Source: Spirochaetia bacterium
GTDB taxonomy: Bacteria; Spirochaetota; Spirochaetia; CADAEX01
DNA length: 64,000 nt
NCBI GenBank assembly: GCA_045606105.1
Contig: JAZURI010000009.1
Span: 67,611 to 131,610, forward strand
Reading direction: 5' to 3'
In this document: piece by piece, positions 1-10,106 of the stretch
How positions within the stretch are numbered: position 1 is the stretch's first letter
How the letters are laid out: each line of letters begins with the position of its first letter
Notes under the pieces: generated by a model
What the model was told of the DNA's origin: nothing
Seen by the model: only the letters and a program-made list of their open reading frames with translations
Database searches by the model: none
Program-made: the position numbers and the translations under genes

Positions 1-1227
1 ACCAGGACCAATATTCCTATTAATCTCAAATATATTGTAGATGTAGATTTCTCCCATGCGAGGGCAATCGGACTTCCGGAATCTCTTTACGAAAAGGATT
101 TTGACAAGGTTCTCAACGATCCCGAAATCGGTGTTGTCGTAGAGCTTATCGGCGGAACCACAATTGCCAGGGATTTTATAATCAAGGCACTCAATGCCGG
201 AAAAAATGTTGTTACTGCAAACAAGGCACTGCTTGCCCATTACGGCAGGGATCTTTTTGCCCTGGCCAGAAAAAATAATGTGGTTATCGGCTTCGAAGCG
301 AGCTGCGGAGGGGGAATTCCTATTATCCGCGCTCTTTATGACGGTCTCATTTCCAACAGGAACGAGGCTATCTACGGTATCGTGAACGGAACCTGTAACT
401 ATATCCTTACCCAGATGATCCGTAACGGAAAAACCTATGCGGAGGCACTTGCAGAGGCCCAGAGAGACGGTCTTGCCGAGGCAAATCCTACCCTTGACGT
501 ATCAGGTCTGGATTCAGCCCACAAGCTGGTTATCATGAGCTCCCTTGCTTTCGGTACCCATGTTGATATCGACACAATTCCTGTCATCGGTATCGATACC
601 CTTGAGCTGTCCGATGTAAAGGCAGGTCACGATCTGGGATACACAATCAAGCTTATAGCCATGGCAAGAAAGCACGAGGACGGAAGAATCTCCACAATTG
701 TCTGCCCTGCATTCATTGACAAGAATCATCCGCTTGCCTGGGTTGCAGGCTCATTCAATGCCATCAGTGTCTACGGACATGCAGTGGGACATACAATGTA
801 CTACGGCCGCGGTGCGGGAAGTTCTCCTACAGCTTCAGCCGTTACTTCCGATATAGTTTCCATCCTTACAGGTGCGCTCAAGAAATATTTTGATACATTC
901 CCTATCTGGCTGGACAAGAACCCTGAAGCAGAGATGCTTCCTACCGGTCTCGGAGAGGAAAGATTCTACATCAGGATAAATGTTATAGACAGACCGGGTG
1001 TACTGGCCAAGGTTACAGCCATCTTTGCAAATCATAACATCAGTATTGCAAGCATGGTTCAGAAAAATATTGATAAGGATGATTATTCTGTTCCTATCAT
1101 TATAACCACACACCTGGCACTGGAAGGGGATATTGCAGAGGCTCTCAAGGAGCTCAATGCACTTCATGAGCTGAGCGGAAATACTGTCTGCATCAGAATC
1201 ATGGATGAATATCAGGAAAAATTTTAA
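1..1227 (+). CDS. hom: homoserine dehydrogenase with C-terminal ACT domain (5'-truncated by window edge)
   Basis: Frame 1 is open from base 1 (..VVELIGG..VVTANKAL..FEASCGGGIP..GIVNGTCNYIL..D..G.D.A.K). C-terminal ACT domain 'VIDRPGVLAKV'. Confidence 0.95.
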   Translation, partial: TRTNIPINLKYIVDVDFSHARAIGLPESLYEKDFDKVLNDPEIGVVVELIGGTTIARDFIIKALNAGKNVVTANKALLAHYGRDLFALARKNNVVIGFEASCGGGIPIIRALYDGLISNRNEAIYGIVNGTCNYILTQMIRNGKTYAEALAEAQRDGLAEANPTLDVSGLDSAHKLVIMSSLAFGTHVDIDTIPVIGIDTLELSDVKAGHDLGYTIKLIAMARKHEDGRISTIVCPAFIDKNHPLAWVAGSFNAISVYGHAVGHTMYYGRGAGSSPTASAVTSDIVSILTGALKKYFDTFPIWLDKNPEAEMLPTGLGEERFYIRINVIDRPGVLAKVTAIFANHNISIASMVQKNIDKDDYSVPIIITTHLALEGDIAEALKELNALHELSGNTVCIRIMDEYQEKF

Positions 1228-1253
1228 TCACCAGAGTCATTGACAAAGAAGGT

Positions 1254-3158
1254 TTGATGACAGTAGTCGGAAAAATAAAGGAAACCTGCCGGAAATACCC
1301 CGAGCACAAGGCTCTTCAGATAAAGGATGCCAAAGGGGTATTTCAGCCGTTTTACTACAAGGATTTTTACAAGGATTTTTCTTCCCTCGGTGCTGCACTT
1401 AAAGATATCGGTGTAAAACGGGGAGATCATGTAGGCATTATTTCAGACAACAGAAAGGAATGGATAATAACAGACCTTGCTGTAATGGGAATCGGTGCTG
1501 CCGACGTTCCCAGAGGATCTGATTCTTCGGAAAATGAGATTGTCTATATTCTTTCTCACAGTGAAGCCAATCTGGTTTTTATGGAGAGCTTCAGGAAGGC
1601 TTCCCAGGTTCTTGCCTGTATAGATCAGCTTCCTCTGCTGAAAACCCTTGTTATCTACAACACCGTTACAGATGAAGAGCTGGCACTGCTCGGAAGCTCC
1701 GGAATCAATGTTTACCGCTATGCAGATATCCTGGAAAAAGGAAGAAAGCTGCTGGCCGAGGATCCGGAATGCTTTGAAAGAGAGCTGGCACAGGGCAGGG
1801 AGGACGATCTTGCCACCATCATCTATACCTCCGGAACCACCGGAACTCCGAAAGGGGTAATGCTTACCCACAGAAGCTTCCTGTTCCAGATAGAGCGCCT
1901 TACAAACGGATATATTGCGGTTCATCCCGGACACACTCTTCTTTCCATGCTTCCTATCTGGCATGCATTTGAAAGGGCTGTGGAGTATATCGTATTCTTC
2001 TGTGCCGCCAACGTAGCCTATTCACAGCCTGTAGGTCCCGTACTTCTCAGTGATATACAGAAAACCAGAGCGGAATGGATGACCTCCGTGCCTCGTATCT
2101 GGGACGGAATCAGAAGTGCCGTAATCAGGGCCATGAACAAGTCAGGCAAGTTCAAAAGGGTAATGTTCCATACATTCCTTGAAATAGGAATTCTTTACAG
2201 GGAAACTCTCTCCTATGTGATGGGGACAGTTCCGCGCTATTATAAAAGAAACAGACTGATGGATATCGTTCTCGGAATCTGTCCTCTGATTTTTCTTTTT
2301 CCCCTTAATCTTCTGGGACATCTTCTGGTATTCAGGAAATTCAAGAAGATCCTGGGAGGCCGCTTCATTGCAGGTATTTCCGGAGGGGGCAGCCTTGCCG
2401 GTGCCACAAGACGCTTTTTCAGGGCTATCGGAATCAAGGTCATGGAAGGTTACGGCCTTACAGAGACAGGGCCGGTTCTTTCCGTATGCAGACAGAAGGC
2501 TCCGGTATACGGTACCGTAGGACCTATTCTTCCCGATGTTGAGTACAAGGTTGTAAGCCAGAAGGGAAAGATTGTTCCGGCCGGTGTAAAGGGTATCCTC
2601 TGGGTAAAGAGTCCTCAGGTCATGCTGGGGTATTATAAACGTGAAGATGAAACAGCCAAGGTCATGGACAACGGCTGGCTCAATACAGGCGACATTGTCA
2701 TTGCCACACTGGATCACGAGATAAAGATTGTGGGAAGGGCCAAGGAGACCATCGTCCTGAGGGGCGGCGAGAATATCGAGCCGGTTCCTATCGAGGATGC
2801 ATGTCTTCAGTCTCCGTATGTGGATCAGATTGTCGTTCTGGGACAGGACCAGAAATTCATTGCAGCTTTGATTGTTCCCGACTACAAATATCTGGAAGAA
2901 AAGTCCAAGGAAAAGGGAATTGCATACATGGACATGGAGGATCTCGTATCCAACCCACAGGTTCACAGTATGGTTTATTCAGGTATTTCAGAAATCATAA
3001 GCAAGAAAAACGGATTCAAGGATTACGAGAAAATTTTCAGAATCCATCTTCTGGCCAAGCCTTTCAAGGTTGGGGATGAGCTCACAAATTCCCTTAAGGT
3101 CAAGAGAGCGGTGGTAGACAGAAAGTACAGATCCGAAATTGCAAAGCTTTTCAAATAA
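1254..3158 (+). CDS. fadD: long-chain fatty acid-CoA ligase (AMP-binding); start TTG 1254 or ATG 1257
   Basis: YTSGTTGTPKG, EGYGLTETGP, GWLNTGD and GRAKETIVLRGGENIEP motifs. Confidence 0.9.
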   Translation: MMTVVGKIKETCRKYPEHKALQIKDAKGVFQPFYYKDFYKDFSSLGAALKDIGVKRGDHVGIISDNRKEWIITDLAVMGIGAADVPRGSDSSENEIVYILSHSEANLVFMESFRKASQVLACIDQLPLLKTLVIYNTVTDEELALLGSSGINVYRYADILEKGRKLLAEDPECFERELAQGREDDLATIIYTSGTTGTPKGVMLTHRSFLFQIERLTNGYIAVHPGHTLLSMLPIWHAFERAVEYIVFFCAANVAYSQPVGPVLLSDIQKTRAEWMTSVPRIWDGIRSAVIRAMNKSGKFKRVMFHTFLEIGILYRETLSYVMGTVPRYYKRNRLMDIVLGICPLIFLFPLNLLGHLLVFRKFKKILGGRFIAGISGGGSLAGATRRFFRAIGIKVMEGYGLTETGPVLSVCRQKAPVYGTVGPILPDVEYKVVSQKGKIVPAGVKGILWVKSPQVMLGYYKREDETAKVMDNGWLNTGDIVIATLDHEIKIVGRAKETIVLRGGENIEPVPIEDACLQSPYVDQIVVLGQDQKFIAALIVPDYKYLEEKSKEKGIAYMDMEDLVSNPQVHSMVYSGISEIISKKNGFKDYEKIFRIHLLAKPFKVGDELTNSLKVKRAVVDRKYRSEIAKLFK

Positions 3159-3169
3159 CAGGTTCCGGT

Positions 3170-4294
3170 ATGATTTTTTATTCCATCCTGATGATAGCAG
3201 TTCATGTTGTTATATCAGTAGGAATAATCAGGGCCTGTCTTGAAAGCCGTCGGCTCAGTCAGGGCGGAAAGGCGGTTTTCAGGGTTTCAGTAATAATTCC
3301 CGCAAGAAACGAGGCAGAAAATCTGCCTGCACTGTTCAGGTGTCTGGAAAAGGAGATGACTCCCGATGTGGAGATAATCCTGGCCGACGACCGTTCCGAC
3401 GATAGCACCGGGGCCCTTATGAGGGAGTTTGCCGCCGCCCATGCCGGAGTTAAAGTCATTTCCAATTCAGAGCTTCCCCCTTCAGGCATGAACCCGAAGC
3501 ATCACATGCTTTCCTTAGCGGAAAAGCATGCATCAGGAGATATTCTTCTTTTTACCGATGCAGACTGTACCGTTCCCGAAAACTGGATCTCTTCAGTATG
3601 CCGTTATTTCAGGAACCGGGAGGTGGGTCTCGTGTTTTCTTCCGTGGTTACGGTTCCGGGAAAGGGCTTTAACAGGAGATACCAGACCTTCGATCATCTG
3701 CTACGGTTCTTCTATACGGTCGGTGCGGTGGGGCTCGGAAATCCCTCCGGCGGCTTCGGTAACAATCTGGCTGTAAGACGGACCGCACTCAGGGATGTGG
3801 GCGGTTTTGAAGGCATCGGTTTTTCCCTTACGGAGGATGCACAGCTTATAGCTGCCGTAAGAAATACGGGAAAATGGAAAATTGCGGTCTGCCCTTTCAG
3901 GGAGGCCCTTGTATATGCCAGACCTCAGGAGCACCTTGCGGATGTTCTCCGTCAGGAGACCAGATGGAGTGCCGGTGCAATTTTCGGTGCCGACAGGAAA
4001 ACCGCCGCCATGTACATTTTCATGCTTACCCTTACCTTTGTAAGTACGGTCTCCATCCTGCTGATTCCTTTTTACCGGCCGGCCCTGTTCCAGTACTTCA
4101 CTTCCGTCCTTGTCATGGTGATGATCTCCTCCGTAGGCTCCTTCTGGCTCAGGCCGGGACGGGATTTCATGCTGTGGATTCTTCCGTGCTCCCTCATAGG
4201 TACCACCTTCTACGGTCTTACCTTCTTTGCCGCCTTCTTTGTCCGTTCCGTAAACTGGCGGGGAACCAGACTTTTAAAAACAAAAAAATCCTGA
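3170..4294 (+). CDS. membrane glycosyltransferase family 2
   Basis: SVIIPARNE, DDRSDD, FTDAD, LTED and QETRW (QxxRW) motifs; N- and C-terminal hydrophobic helices. Confidence 0.88.
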   Translation: MIFYSILMIAVHVVISVGIIRACLESRRLSQGGKAVFRVSVIIPARNEAENLPALFRCLEKEMTPDVEIILADDRSDDSTGALMREFAAAHAGVKVISNSELPPSGMNPKHHMLSLAEKHASGDILLFTDADCTVPENWISSVCRYFRNREVGLVFSSVVTVPGKGFNRRYQTFDHLLRFFYTVGAVGLGNPSGGFGNNLAVRRTALRDVGGFEGIGFSLTEDAQLIAAVRNTGKWKIAVCPFREALVYARPQEHLADVLRQETRWSAGAIFGADRKTAAMYIFMLTLTFVSTVSILLIPFYRPALFQYFTSVLVMVMISSVGSFWLRPGRDFMLWILPCSLIGTTFYGLTFFAAFFVRSVNWRGTRLLKTKKS

Positions 4295-4297
4295 CTC

Positions 4298-4326
4298 TTG
4301 CAAATGTTTATTTATAGTTATAAAAT
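4298..4326 (+). promoter_or_regulatory. sigma70-type promoter, leaderless geometry
   Basis: TTGCAA-17 nt-TAAAAT, then 6 nt to ATG 4333; no SD. Confidence 0.55.
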
Positions 4327-4332
4327 ATTTAT

Positions 4333-5292
4333 ATGATCTGGCTTAAATTTGCGGTAAATGCTGCTTTCATCGTTATATTCTGTATCTCGCTTTCAAAGTA
4401 CGCAGATCAGCTGGCTGCGGCCAAAAAGGTGGGAAAAGGCTTTGTAGGCTTTGTCCTTCTGGGTGTGGTTACCTCCATCCCTGAGCTTATCTCCACTGTT
4501 TCATGTACCGCTTTCCTGGACAACCCTATTATGGGTACTGCCAATATCATGGGAAGCAACAATGCCAATATGTTTATCCTTTTCCTGGCTCTCCTGGGGG
4601 TCAAAAGCCTCAGACGTCCCAGCGGAAACATAGATGTGGAAAGCTGCGTATCTCTTGGATACTGCATGATTATCACCACCATCTTTCTTATGGGAATCTT
4701 TTTTTCGGGAGCCCCGTTCTACGGAAAATCAATCTTTGTTTATCTTATAGCCCTTGTTTTCATACTCAGTATCAGGTCGCTCTACAAATCCAATGACGAG
4801 GGGGACGAGGATACAGGTGAACGGGAATCCCTGGGCTGGTTCTTCTACTGCAAGTTCGTTTTCTTTGCCGTGGGTCTTGTTATTTCCAGCTTTACCCTTT
4901 CAATCGTGGTCGATCAGCTCGGCCGGGAGACAAATATAGGAAGTGCTGCCGCAGGAGCCATTTTCCTTGCATGGGCCACATCACTTCCTGAGCTGGTGGT
5001 TACAATTACTTCCATTATCTGCGGCTCCGTGGAAATGGGAATCGGAAACATCCTCGGAAGCAATATCTTCAATCTCTTTATCCTGGCATTTGCCGAAACT
5101 GTTTCCAGAAGCTCGGTTTCAGTATTCAGCCGTCAGGACGAAATGATGATTCTTGGGGTATTCAATGCTGTTCTTCAGGGAATTCTCCTTATTCTTCTCA
5201 TGCAGAAAAAGCTGAGATGCATAGGGCGTGTTCCTGTCATGCCTCTGTTTTCCATGCTGATTTATATTGCAGGAATGGCTTTCCTTATCTGA
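4333..5292 (+). CDS. sodium/calcium exchanger (CaCA family) antiporter
   Basis: Two alpha repeats (TSIPEL..NIMGSN and TSLPEL..GNILGSN); about 10 TM helices. Confidence 0.88.
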   Translation: MIWLKFAVNAAFIVIFCISLSKYADQLAAAKKVGKGFVGFVLLGVVTSIPELISTVSCTAFLDNPIMGTANIMGSNNANMFILFLALLGVKSLRRPSGNIDVESCVSLGYCMIITTIFLMGIFFSGAPFYGKSIFVYLIALVFILSIRSLYKSNDEGDEDTGERESLGWFFYCKFVFFAVGLVISSFTLSIVVDQLGRETNIGSAAAGAIFLAWATSLPELVVTITSIICGSVEMGIGNILGSNIFNLFILAFAETVSRSSVSVFSRQDEMMILGVFNAVLQGILLILLMQKKLRCIGRVPVMPLFSMLIYIAGMAFLI

Positions 5293-5308
5293 TTACAGGA
5301 GTAAATAT

Positions 5309-6448
5309 TTGAAATTTCTTGGATTTGTACGTCCGTCTCTTCCCGGAACCGATTGTTCCAGGGTGGATGTGGTTGATTGCCGTAAAGGGCTTTCCGTGCC
5401 CGGTCCCTATGTACTTCTTTCCAATTCCAGGGCTGAAGGGCTGGCCGGCTCCTTTATCACCTTTGACAAGTGTGTATCAAGAGGAAAAAAAGGCTCTCTT
5501 CTTATCAGCTCCGACATAAGGAAGCTGGATCTGCCGATTGTTGTTGCCGACATGAAGGAGGTAGGTGCAAAAGGGGAGGGAACCCTGTTCTGTATCAGGC
5601 GGGGAACCATTCTTGTGGGTCCCTTTGTATACCGGGCTGGAAAAGGGCTTATCGTGCCTGCGGGCCGGGTGGCAGGAAAGTACGAAATAAATAATTCCGA
5701 TATATATACCGTTCATGAGGGTGAAACATTTATCTGGGAGGAAAAGCTTCCTTCCTGTTATATTCCATTTGATGCCGGAAAAGAGATTCTTCCTGCCGTG
5801 AAGCAGGAGCCTGCTGCCGGTACGGAAGCCGTGTCTGAACCCGGACCTGTACCCGCAGCCGTAAATAAGGTCTCCGAGCCTGTACCTGCTTCGGAGCCTG
5901 TATCTGAATCTGCACCGCCGGCTGCCGAAGTTCAGGCTGCCGAAACTCCGGCTCCTTCTGTTTTTCAGGGGCAGATAGAGAAGTACGAAGCTGCGGCGGA
6001 AAAGCTCAGGCAGGAGAACCGCCGTCTGAAGGAGGAGCTGGAGCAGCTCCGGAATGCACCTGTTATCCATATTGCCGGCAGCGATGAATTTTTTCCCGGC
6101 GAGGCAAAGGATATGGTTCTGGCTGCCGTGGATGAGTATCTGAAAAAATGCGGCCCGGAACTCCGGCGCAGGGAAATCCTGTCAGCTGTACTGGAAAAGA
6201 ATGAATATCTTCATGTTCTTGAAAAAAGAAGGGAGGAACTGAGAAGCCTGCTGAAGGGGTACGACGGTCTGACTCCCGGACTCAGAAAAAAGCTTGAGGA
6301 GCTGGGATTTATCTGCACCGAGACGGGCCGGCACTACAAGCTCCGTTATTACGGCGATTCCCGTTACTGGGTAACCATGGCCAAGACTCCCAGCGACAGT
6401 CAGCGGGGAGACAAGAACCTTATTGCAAAGCTTATAAAGCTGATGTAG
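5309..6448 (+). CDS. hypothetical protein: Pro/Ala/Glu linker, coiled coil, C-terminal HicA-like domain
   Basis: In-frame TTG 5309 lies 7 nt after AGGAG (the track start 5267 overlaps the upstream gene). C-terminus LEELGF..GRHYKLRY..TMAKTPSD..RG. Confidence 0.7.
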   Translation: MKFLGFVRPSLPGTDCSRVDVVDCRKGLSVPGPYVLLSNSRAEGLAGSFITFDKCVSRGKKGSLLISSDIRKLDLPIVVADMKEVGAKGEGTLFCIRRGTILVGPFVYRAGKGLIVPAGRVAGKYEINNSDIYTVHEGETFIWEEKLPSCYIPFDAGKEILPAVKQEPAAGTEAVSEPGPVPAAVNKVSEPVPASEPVSESAPPAAEVQAAETPAPSVFQGQIEKYEAAAEKLRQENRRLKEELEQLRNAPVIHIAGSDEFFPGEAKDMVLAAVDEYLKKCGPELRRREILSAVLEKNEYLHVLEKRREELRSLLKGYDGLTPGLRKKLEELGFICTETGRHYKLRYYGDSRYWVTMAKTPSDSQRGDKNLIAKLIKLM

Positions 6449-6454
6449 GGCTTT

Positions 6455-7432
6455 CTATTTCAGAAAATCGGTAAGAATTTCCAGATATTCCCGGGCAGTG
6501 GTGCAGTAGACAATCCTGTTCCTTATTTCCGCACTTCCCGGAAGTCCTTTTGTATAGGCGCACAGATGCTTTTTCATCTCCTTGCAGGCCATGTTTGCCC
6601 CAAGATATTTTACCGAGCTGTTGAAATGCTTCAGAGCGTTTTCCAGTCTTGTCTGCGGCGATATGGGGGTATAGCTCCCTTTTTCGATAAGCTCCCTGCT
6701 GTAGGTGAATATTTCGGGGCATCCCACCGAGCCTCTGGCTATCATTACGGCATCACAGCCGGTTTCTGTCAGCATATCCCTTACCGCTTCCGGTGAAAAA
6801 AGGTCGCCTGAGCCGATTACCGGTACGGAGGAGTTCTTTTTCAGCTCCTTTATAAGGCTCCAGTCTGCAAAGCCGGCATAATCCTGGCTTCTTGTCCTTG
6901 GATGAAGAGTCATGGCATTTACCCCGGCCCTCTGGGCTTCCTCGGCCACCTGAAGAAAATTAATGGAGCTTTTGTCCCAGCCGGAGCGGAACTTGATTGA
7001 GACAGGAATATCGGTTTCGTTTTTCAGGGCCTTTACTATTTCGTATATCCTTTCCGGATCCCTGCCCAGCGCGGCACCGCATCCCGATTTCAGTACCTTG
7101 GGAACGGGACATCCGCAGTTTATGTCGATAAGGTTCGGCTTCATGGCTGCCACCTTGGGCAGGGACCTGACTGCAACATCGGCATTGGATGCAAAGATCT
7201 GGATTGCATAGAAGCGTTCCAGATCCCCTTTCCGCATGAGACCTTCTGTCTTTTCGCTGTTTCTTGTAAGGGCCTCGGAGGAAACCATCTCCGTGTATCC
7301 CATGGCTGCGCCCCATTCCGAGACCATGTCCCTGAATGCGGCATCGGTAAAACCGGCCATGGGTGCAAGGAAGATATTTCCGGGTACGGTTATCTTGTCT
7401 GAAAAACAGACCGGATGAAGAAGCCGGTCCAT
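6455..7432 (-). CDS. dusB: tRNA-dihydrouridine synthase DusB
   Basis: LAPMAGFTD, IDINCGCP, K.R.GW, LHPRT and MIARG motifs. Confidence 0.92.
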   Translation of the reverse strand: MDRLLHPVCFSDKITVPGNIFLAPMAGFTDAAFRDMVSEWGAAMGYTEMVSSEALTRNSEKTEGLMRKGDLERFYAIQIFASNADVAVRSLPKVAAMKPNLIDINCGCPVPKVLKSGCGAALGRDPERIYEIVKALKNETDIPVSIKFRSGWDKSSINFLQVAEEAQRAGVNAMTLHPRTRSQDYAGFADWSLIKELKKNSSVPVIGSGDLFSPEAVRDMLTETGCDAVMIARGSVGCPEIFTYSRELIEKGSYTPISPQTRLENALKHFNSSVKYLGANMACKEMKKHLCAYTKGLPGSAEIRNRIVYCTTAREYLEILTDFLK

Positions 7433-8205
7433 TATTCTGTAATATTGAAGAATCCCAGGCTGTTCCTGTAGAGAATATCGGCAGTTTCCTCCACATCCAT
7501 ACCCCTGAGTGCTGCAATGAATTCCGCTGTGGAGTGGATATATGCAGGCTTGTTTCTTTTTCCCTTGTATTCGGCAGGAACCATGAAAGGGCTTTCCGAT
7601 TCGATAAGCATGTTCTCCAGCGGCATGTTTCTTGCTGTTTCATGGAGATTCTTTGCTGTCTTGTAGGTCACGTTTCCCGAGAATGAGATATACATGCCCA
7701 GGTCGATAGCCTTCTTTGCATATTCCCAGTCCTCTGAAAAGCAGTGAAGTACTCCGCTTCTTGAAGGAAGTCTGTGTCTGAGAATCTCAAGAATATCCTG
7801 GCCTGCTTCCCTGTTATGGATGATTACGGGGAGATTGAGCTGCTGTGCCAGTTCCAGCTGTCTGATGAACAGGGCAATCTGGGAGTCCTTGTCACCGAAC
7901 TTCCTGTAGTAGTCAAGACCTGTTTCTCCTACGGCAACCACCCTGTCATAGGCTGCTCCCGCAATGATTTTTTCTTCCCAGTTCTTTCCCTGGTGACGGA
8001 CCTCGGAAGGAGAAATTCCGATGCTGTGGTAAATGTTTGTTGCTGTCCTGAGATTTTCATACACGATGAAAAAGTCATGGAGACTGTTGCAGATGCTTAC
8101 AATGTGTTCAACATTTGCCTGCCTGGCTTCCTGTACAACTATGAGTTCTTCTATGGGGTCTTCATGGATAAGACCGATGTGCGCATGAGTATCAAAAAAT
8201 TTCAT
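7432..8205 (-). CDS. tatD: TatD family hydrolase
   Basis: Start MKFFDTHAH at ATG 8205 with AGGA SD; GETGLDY, IIHNRE, LHCFS and ESESPF motifs. Confidence 0.92.
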   Translation of the reverse strand: MKFFDTHAHIGLIHEDPIEELIVVQEARQANVEHIVSICNSLHDFFIVYENLRTATNIYHSIGISPSEVRHQGKNWEEKIIAGAAYDRVVAVGETGLDYYRKFGDKDSQIALFIRQLELAQQLNLPVIIHNREAGQDILEILRHRLPSRSGVLHCFSEDWEYAKKAIDLGMYISFSGNVTYKTAKNLHETARNMPLENMLIESESPFMVPAEYKGKRNKPAYIHSTAEFIAALRGMDVEETADILYRNSLGFFNITE

Positions 8206-8278
8206 GATTGTTTTTTCCTGATATTTTGTTGTATTACTATTATAATAACACCTGAAAACGGGAGTCGTCAACATTTAT

Positions 8279-8307
8279 TTGACAAAACATTTCCCCGATG
8301 GTATATT
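8279..8307 (+). promoter_or_regulatory. sigma70 promoter of the M23/bactofilin operon
   Basis: TTGACA-17 nt-TATATT, followed by GGAGAGGAG SD. Confidence 0.65.
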
Positions 8308-8329
8308 GAAAAATGCATAGGAGAGGAGT

Positions 8330-9322
8330 GTGTCCCCTGTAAAACATTATAAAAAGGCTGAAAGCCGGCTTGTGAGAATTATACAGAGGTTTTTCTGCAC
8401 TCTGGGTTCGGCGGTTTCATCGTTCATCATGGGAATAGTCGGTTTCTGCAGACAGCAGCTGACAGTTATGTTTATTCCCCATTCCGAAAGAACAATATTC
8501 AACTTCAGGATTTCGGTTTTTTCACTTATAGTAATCACTTTTCTCTTTGCTTGCATGGTCATGTCATTTATCCTGTTTACCACCAGGTTTACGGGGGTGT
8601 CGGACATGCTGGTCTCCAGCAGTACGGAGCTTGAAAGGAAGGAGGAATCCCTGGAGATAATCAGGGACAGGATCTCTGACCTGAAGAATGCCTCCAGGAT
8701 GTTTGAGGAATCGCTGCACAGGACGGTGGAAAACCTGGGACTGGAACAGGAAACCGGCTTCAGGGATAAAGCACCGGAAGAAAAATACGGGGATATCAGG
8801 GAAATCGAGGAGCTGAGGTCGCTTACCCTTCTTCTCAGGGAATCCATGGGCTATTTTGACGAGATTTCAGCCCTTCTGCAGGCACAGCAGGATCTCATTG
8901 TGGAGCTTCCTACCATGTGGCCTCTCAAGGATGTACGGGGCAGGGTAACTTCATCCTTCGGCCCTACCACACACCCTTTTACCAGAAACTGGTATCTGCA
9001 CAAGGGTATAGATATTGCTTACAAGCGTGGTACCAAGCTGGTGGCCACTGCCAACGGCAAGGTGATAGAAAAGGGCTATGAGCCCAACGGATACGGAAAT
9101 TATATTGTAATAAAGCATAAGTACGGTATTTATACAAAATTTGCCCATATGGACAAGGTATATGCCAAGGAGGGACAGAATGTCCTGCAGGGTGATGTTA
9201 TAGGAACCCTGGGAAACACAGGTCTTTCCACGGGACCCCATGTCCATTATGAGGTCAGGATAGGTACTCAGGTCGTGGATCCGCAGCGGTACCTGAATTT
9301 CAAGAGCCGGAGCGATGCTTGA
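8330..9322 (+). CDS. M23 family peptidoglycan metallopeptidase (TM + coiled coil)
   Basis: HKGIDI, YGNYIVIKH and GLSTGPHVHYE motifs. Confidence 0.92.
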   Translation: MSPVKHYKKAESRLVRIIQRFFCTLGSAVSSFIMGIVGFCRQQLTVMFIPHSERTIFNFRISVFSLIVITFLFACMVMSFILFTTRFTGVSDMLVSSSTELERKEESLEIIRDRISDLKNASRMFEESLHRTVENLGLEQETGFRDKAPEEKYGDIREIEELRSLTLLLRESMGYFDEISALLQAQQDLIVELPTMWPLKDVRGRVTSSFGPTTHPFTRNWYLHKGIDIAYKRGTKLVATANGKVIEKGYEPNGYGNYIVIKHKYGIYTKFAHMDKVYAKEGQNVLQGDVIGTLGNTGLSTGPHVHYEVRIGTQVVDPQRYLNFKSRSDA

Positions 9323-9337
9323 AAAGGACAGGAATAT

Positions 9338-9745
9338 ATGGGAAAGGATAACGGCGCGGCAGGAAATGCCTTGGTAAATTCTCTTCTGGGACAGGGCTCT
9401 TCCTTCAGGGGAGATATAAACGTAACCGGAATGCTCAGACTGGACGGTGATTTCATCGGCTCCATTGTCAGTACCGGAAAGGTGTTCATAAGCGAAACCG
9501 CAAGGGTTGAAAGCTGCATCCGGGCCAGCTCCGTGGTGGTCGGAGGTGTGGTAAAGGGCAATATTACGGCAACCGACAAGGTAACCGTGCTTTCCACCGG
9601 AATGGTGATAGGTGATATCCGGACCGCAAGGCTTGTGGCAGAGGAAGGGGTGGTGCTGGACGGCAGCTGCTTCATTTCCATAGAAAAGAAAGAAGATAAG
9701 AAAAAAGAAAAGAAAGAGCCTGCAGATAAAGAAGCCGAAGCATGA
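9338..9745 (+). CDS. bactofilin (polymer-forming cytoskeletal protein)
   Basis: G..F.G.I...G.LRLDG...G.V.GNI..GDI..L..EEG..LDG.C beta-solenoid pattern. Confidence 0.9.
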   Translation: MGKDNGAAGNALVNSLLGQGSSFRGDINVTGMLRLDGDFIGSIVSTGKVFISETARVESCIRASSVVVGGVVKGNITATDKVTVLSTGMVIGDIRTARLVAEEGVVLDGSCFISIEKKEDKKKEKKEPADKEAEA

Positions 9746-10092
9746 AGGAACATGATGCCGGAGAGCTGATATCCGGGGTAAAAAGGGAAGGGGAGCGGCT
9801 TCTGGCCGATCCGTGCAGGGAAAATATCGATTCCTACCGGGAGACCCTGAGAAAGCTTCTTGCCTATATTGCTGAAAATGCTTACAGTATTGAAAGAGAA
9901 ACAGAAAGAAAGATTGACAGGAGAAAAATGCCTCCCTTCAACAGGATTGAAATAGTCAGGGAACGGCTTGTTTCCACCGGAAAAATAGATGATGATATTG
10001 TTGCCGCCCTTTTCGAGCAGCAGAAAAAACAGCTGGAAATATTGGGGAAGCAGGGTAATCCGGAGGGTCTTCTGCTGAATCTGGACAGATAG
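9742..10092 (+). CDS. YaaR/DUF327-like protein
   Basis: GERL..DP...I..YR...L.YI pattern and C-terminal GLLLNL; lies upstream of yaaT. Confidence 0.6.
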   Translation: MKEHDAGELISGVKREGERLLADPCRENIDSYRETLRKLLAYIAENAYSIERETERKIDRRKMPPFNRIEIVRERLVSTGKIDDDIVAALFEQQKKQLEILGKQGNPEGLLLNLDR

Positions 10093-10106
10093 ACGGATGG
10101 TAATAC

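Noticed and set aside
5800-5960. GAGCCTGT-type short repeats as a CRISPR or repeat array
   Set aside because: In-frame, degenerate coding repeats of a Pro/Ala/Glu linker; no spacer structure or cas genes.
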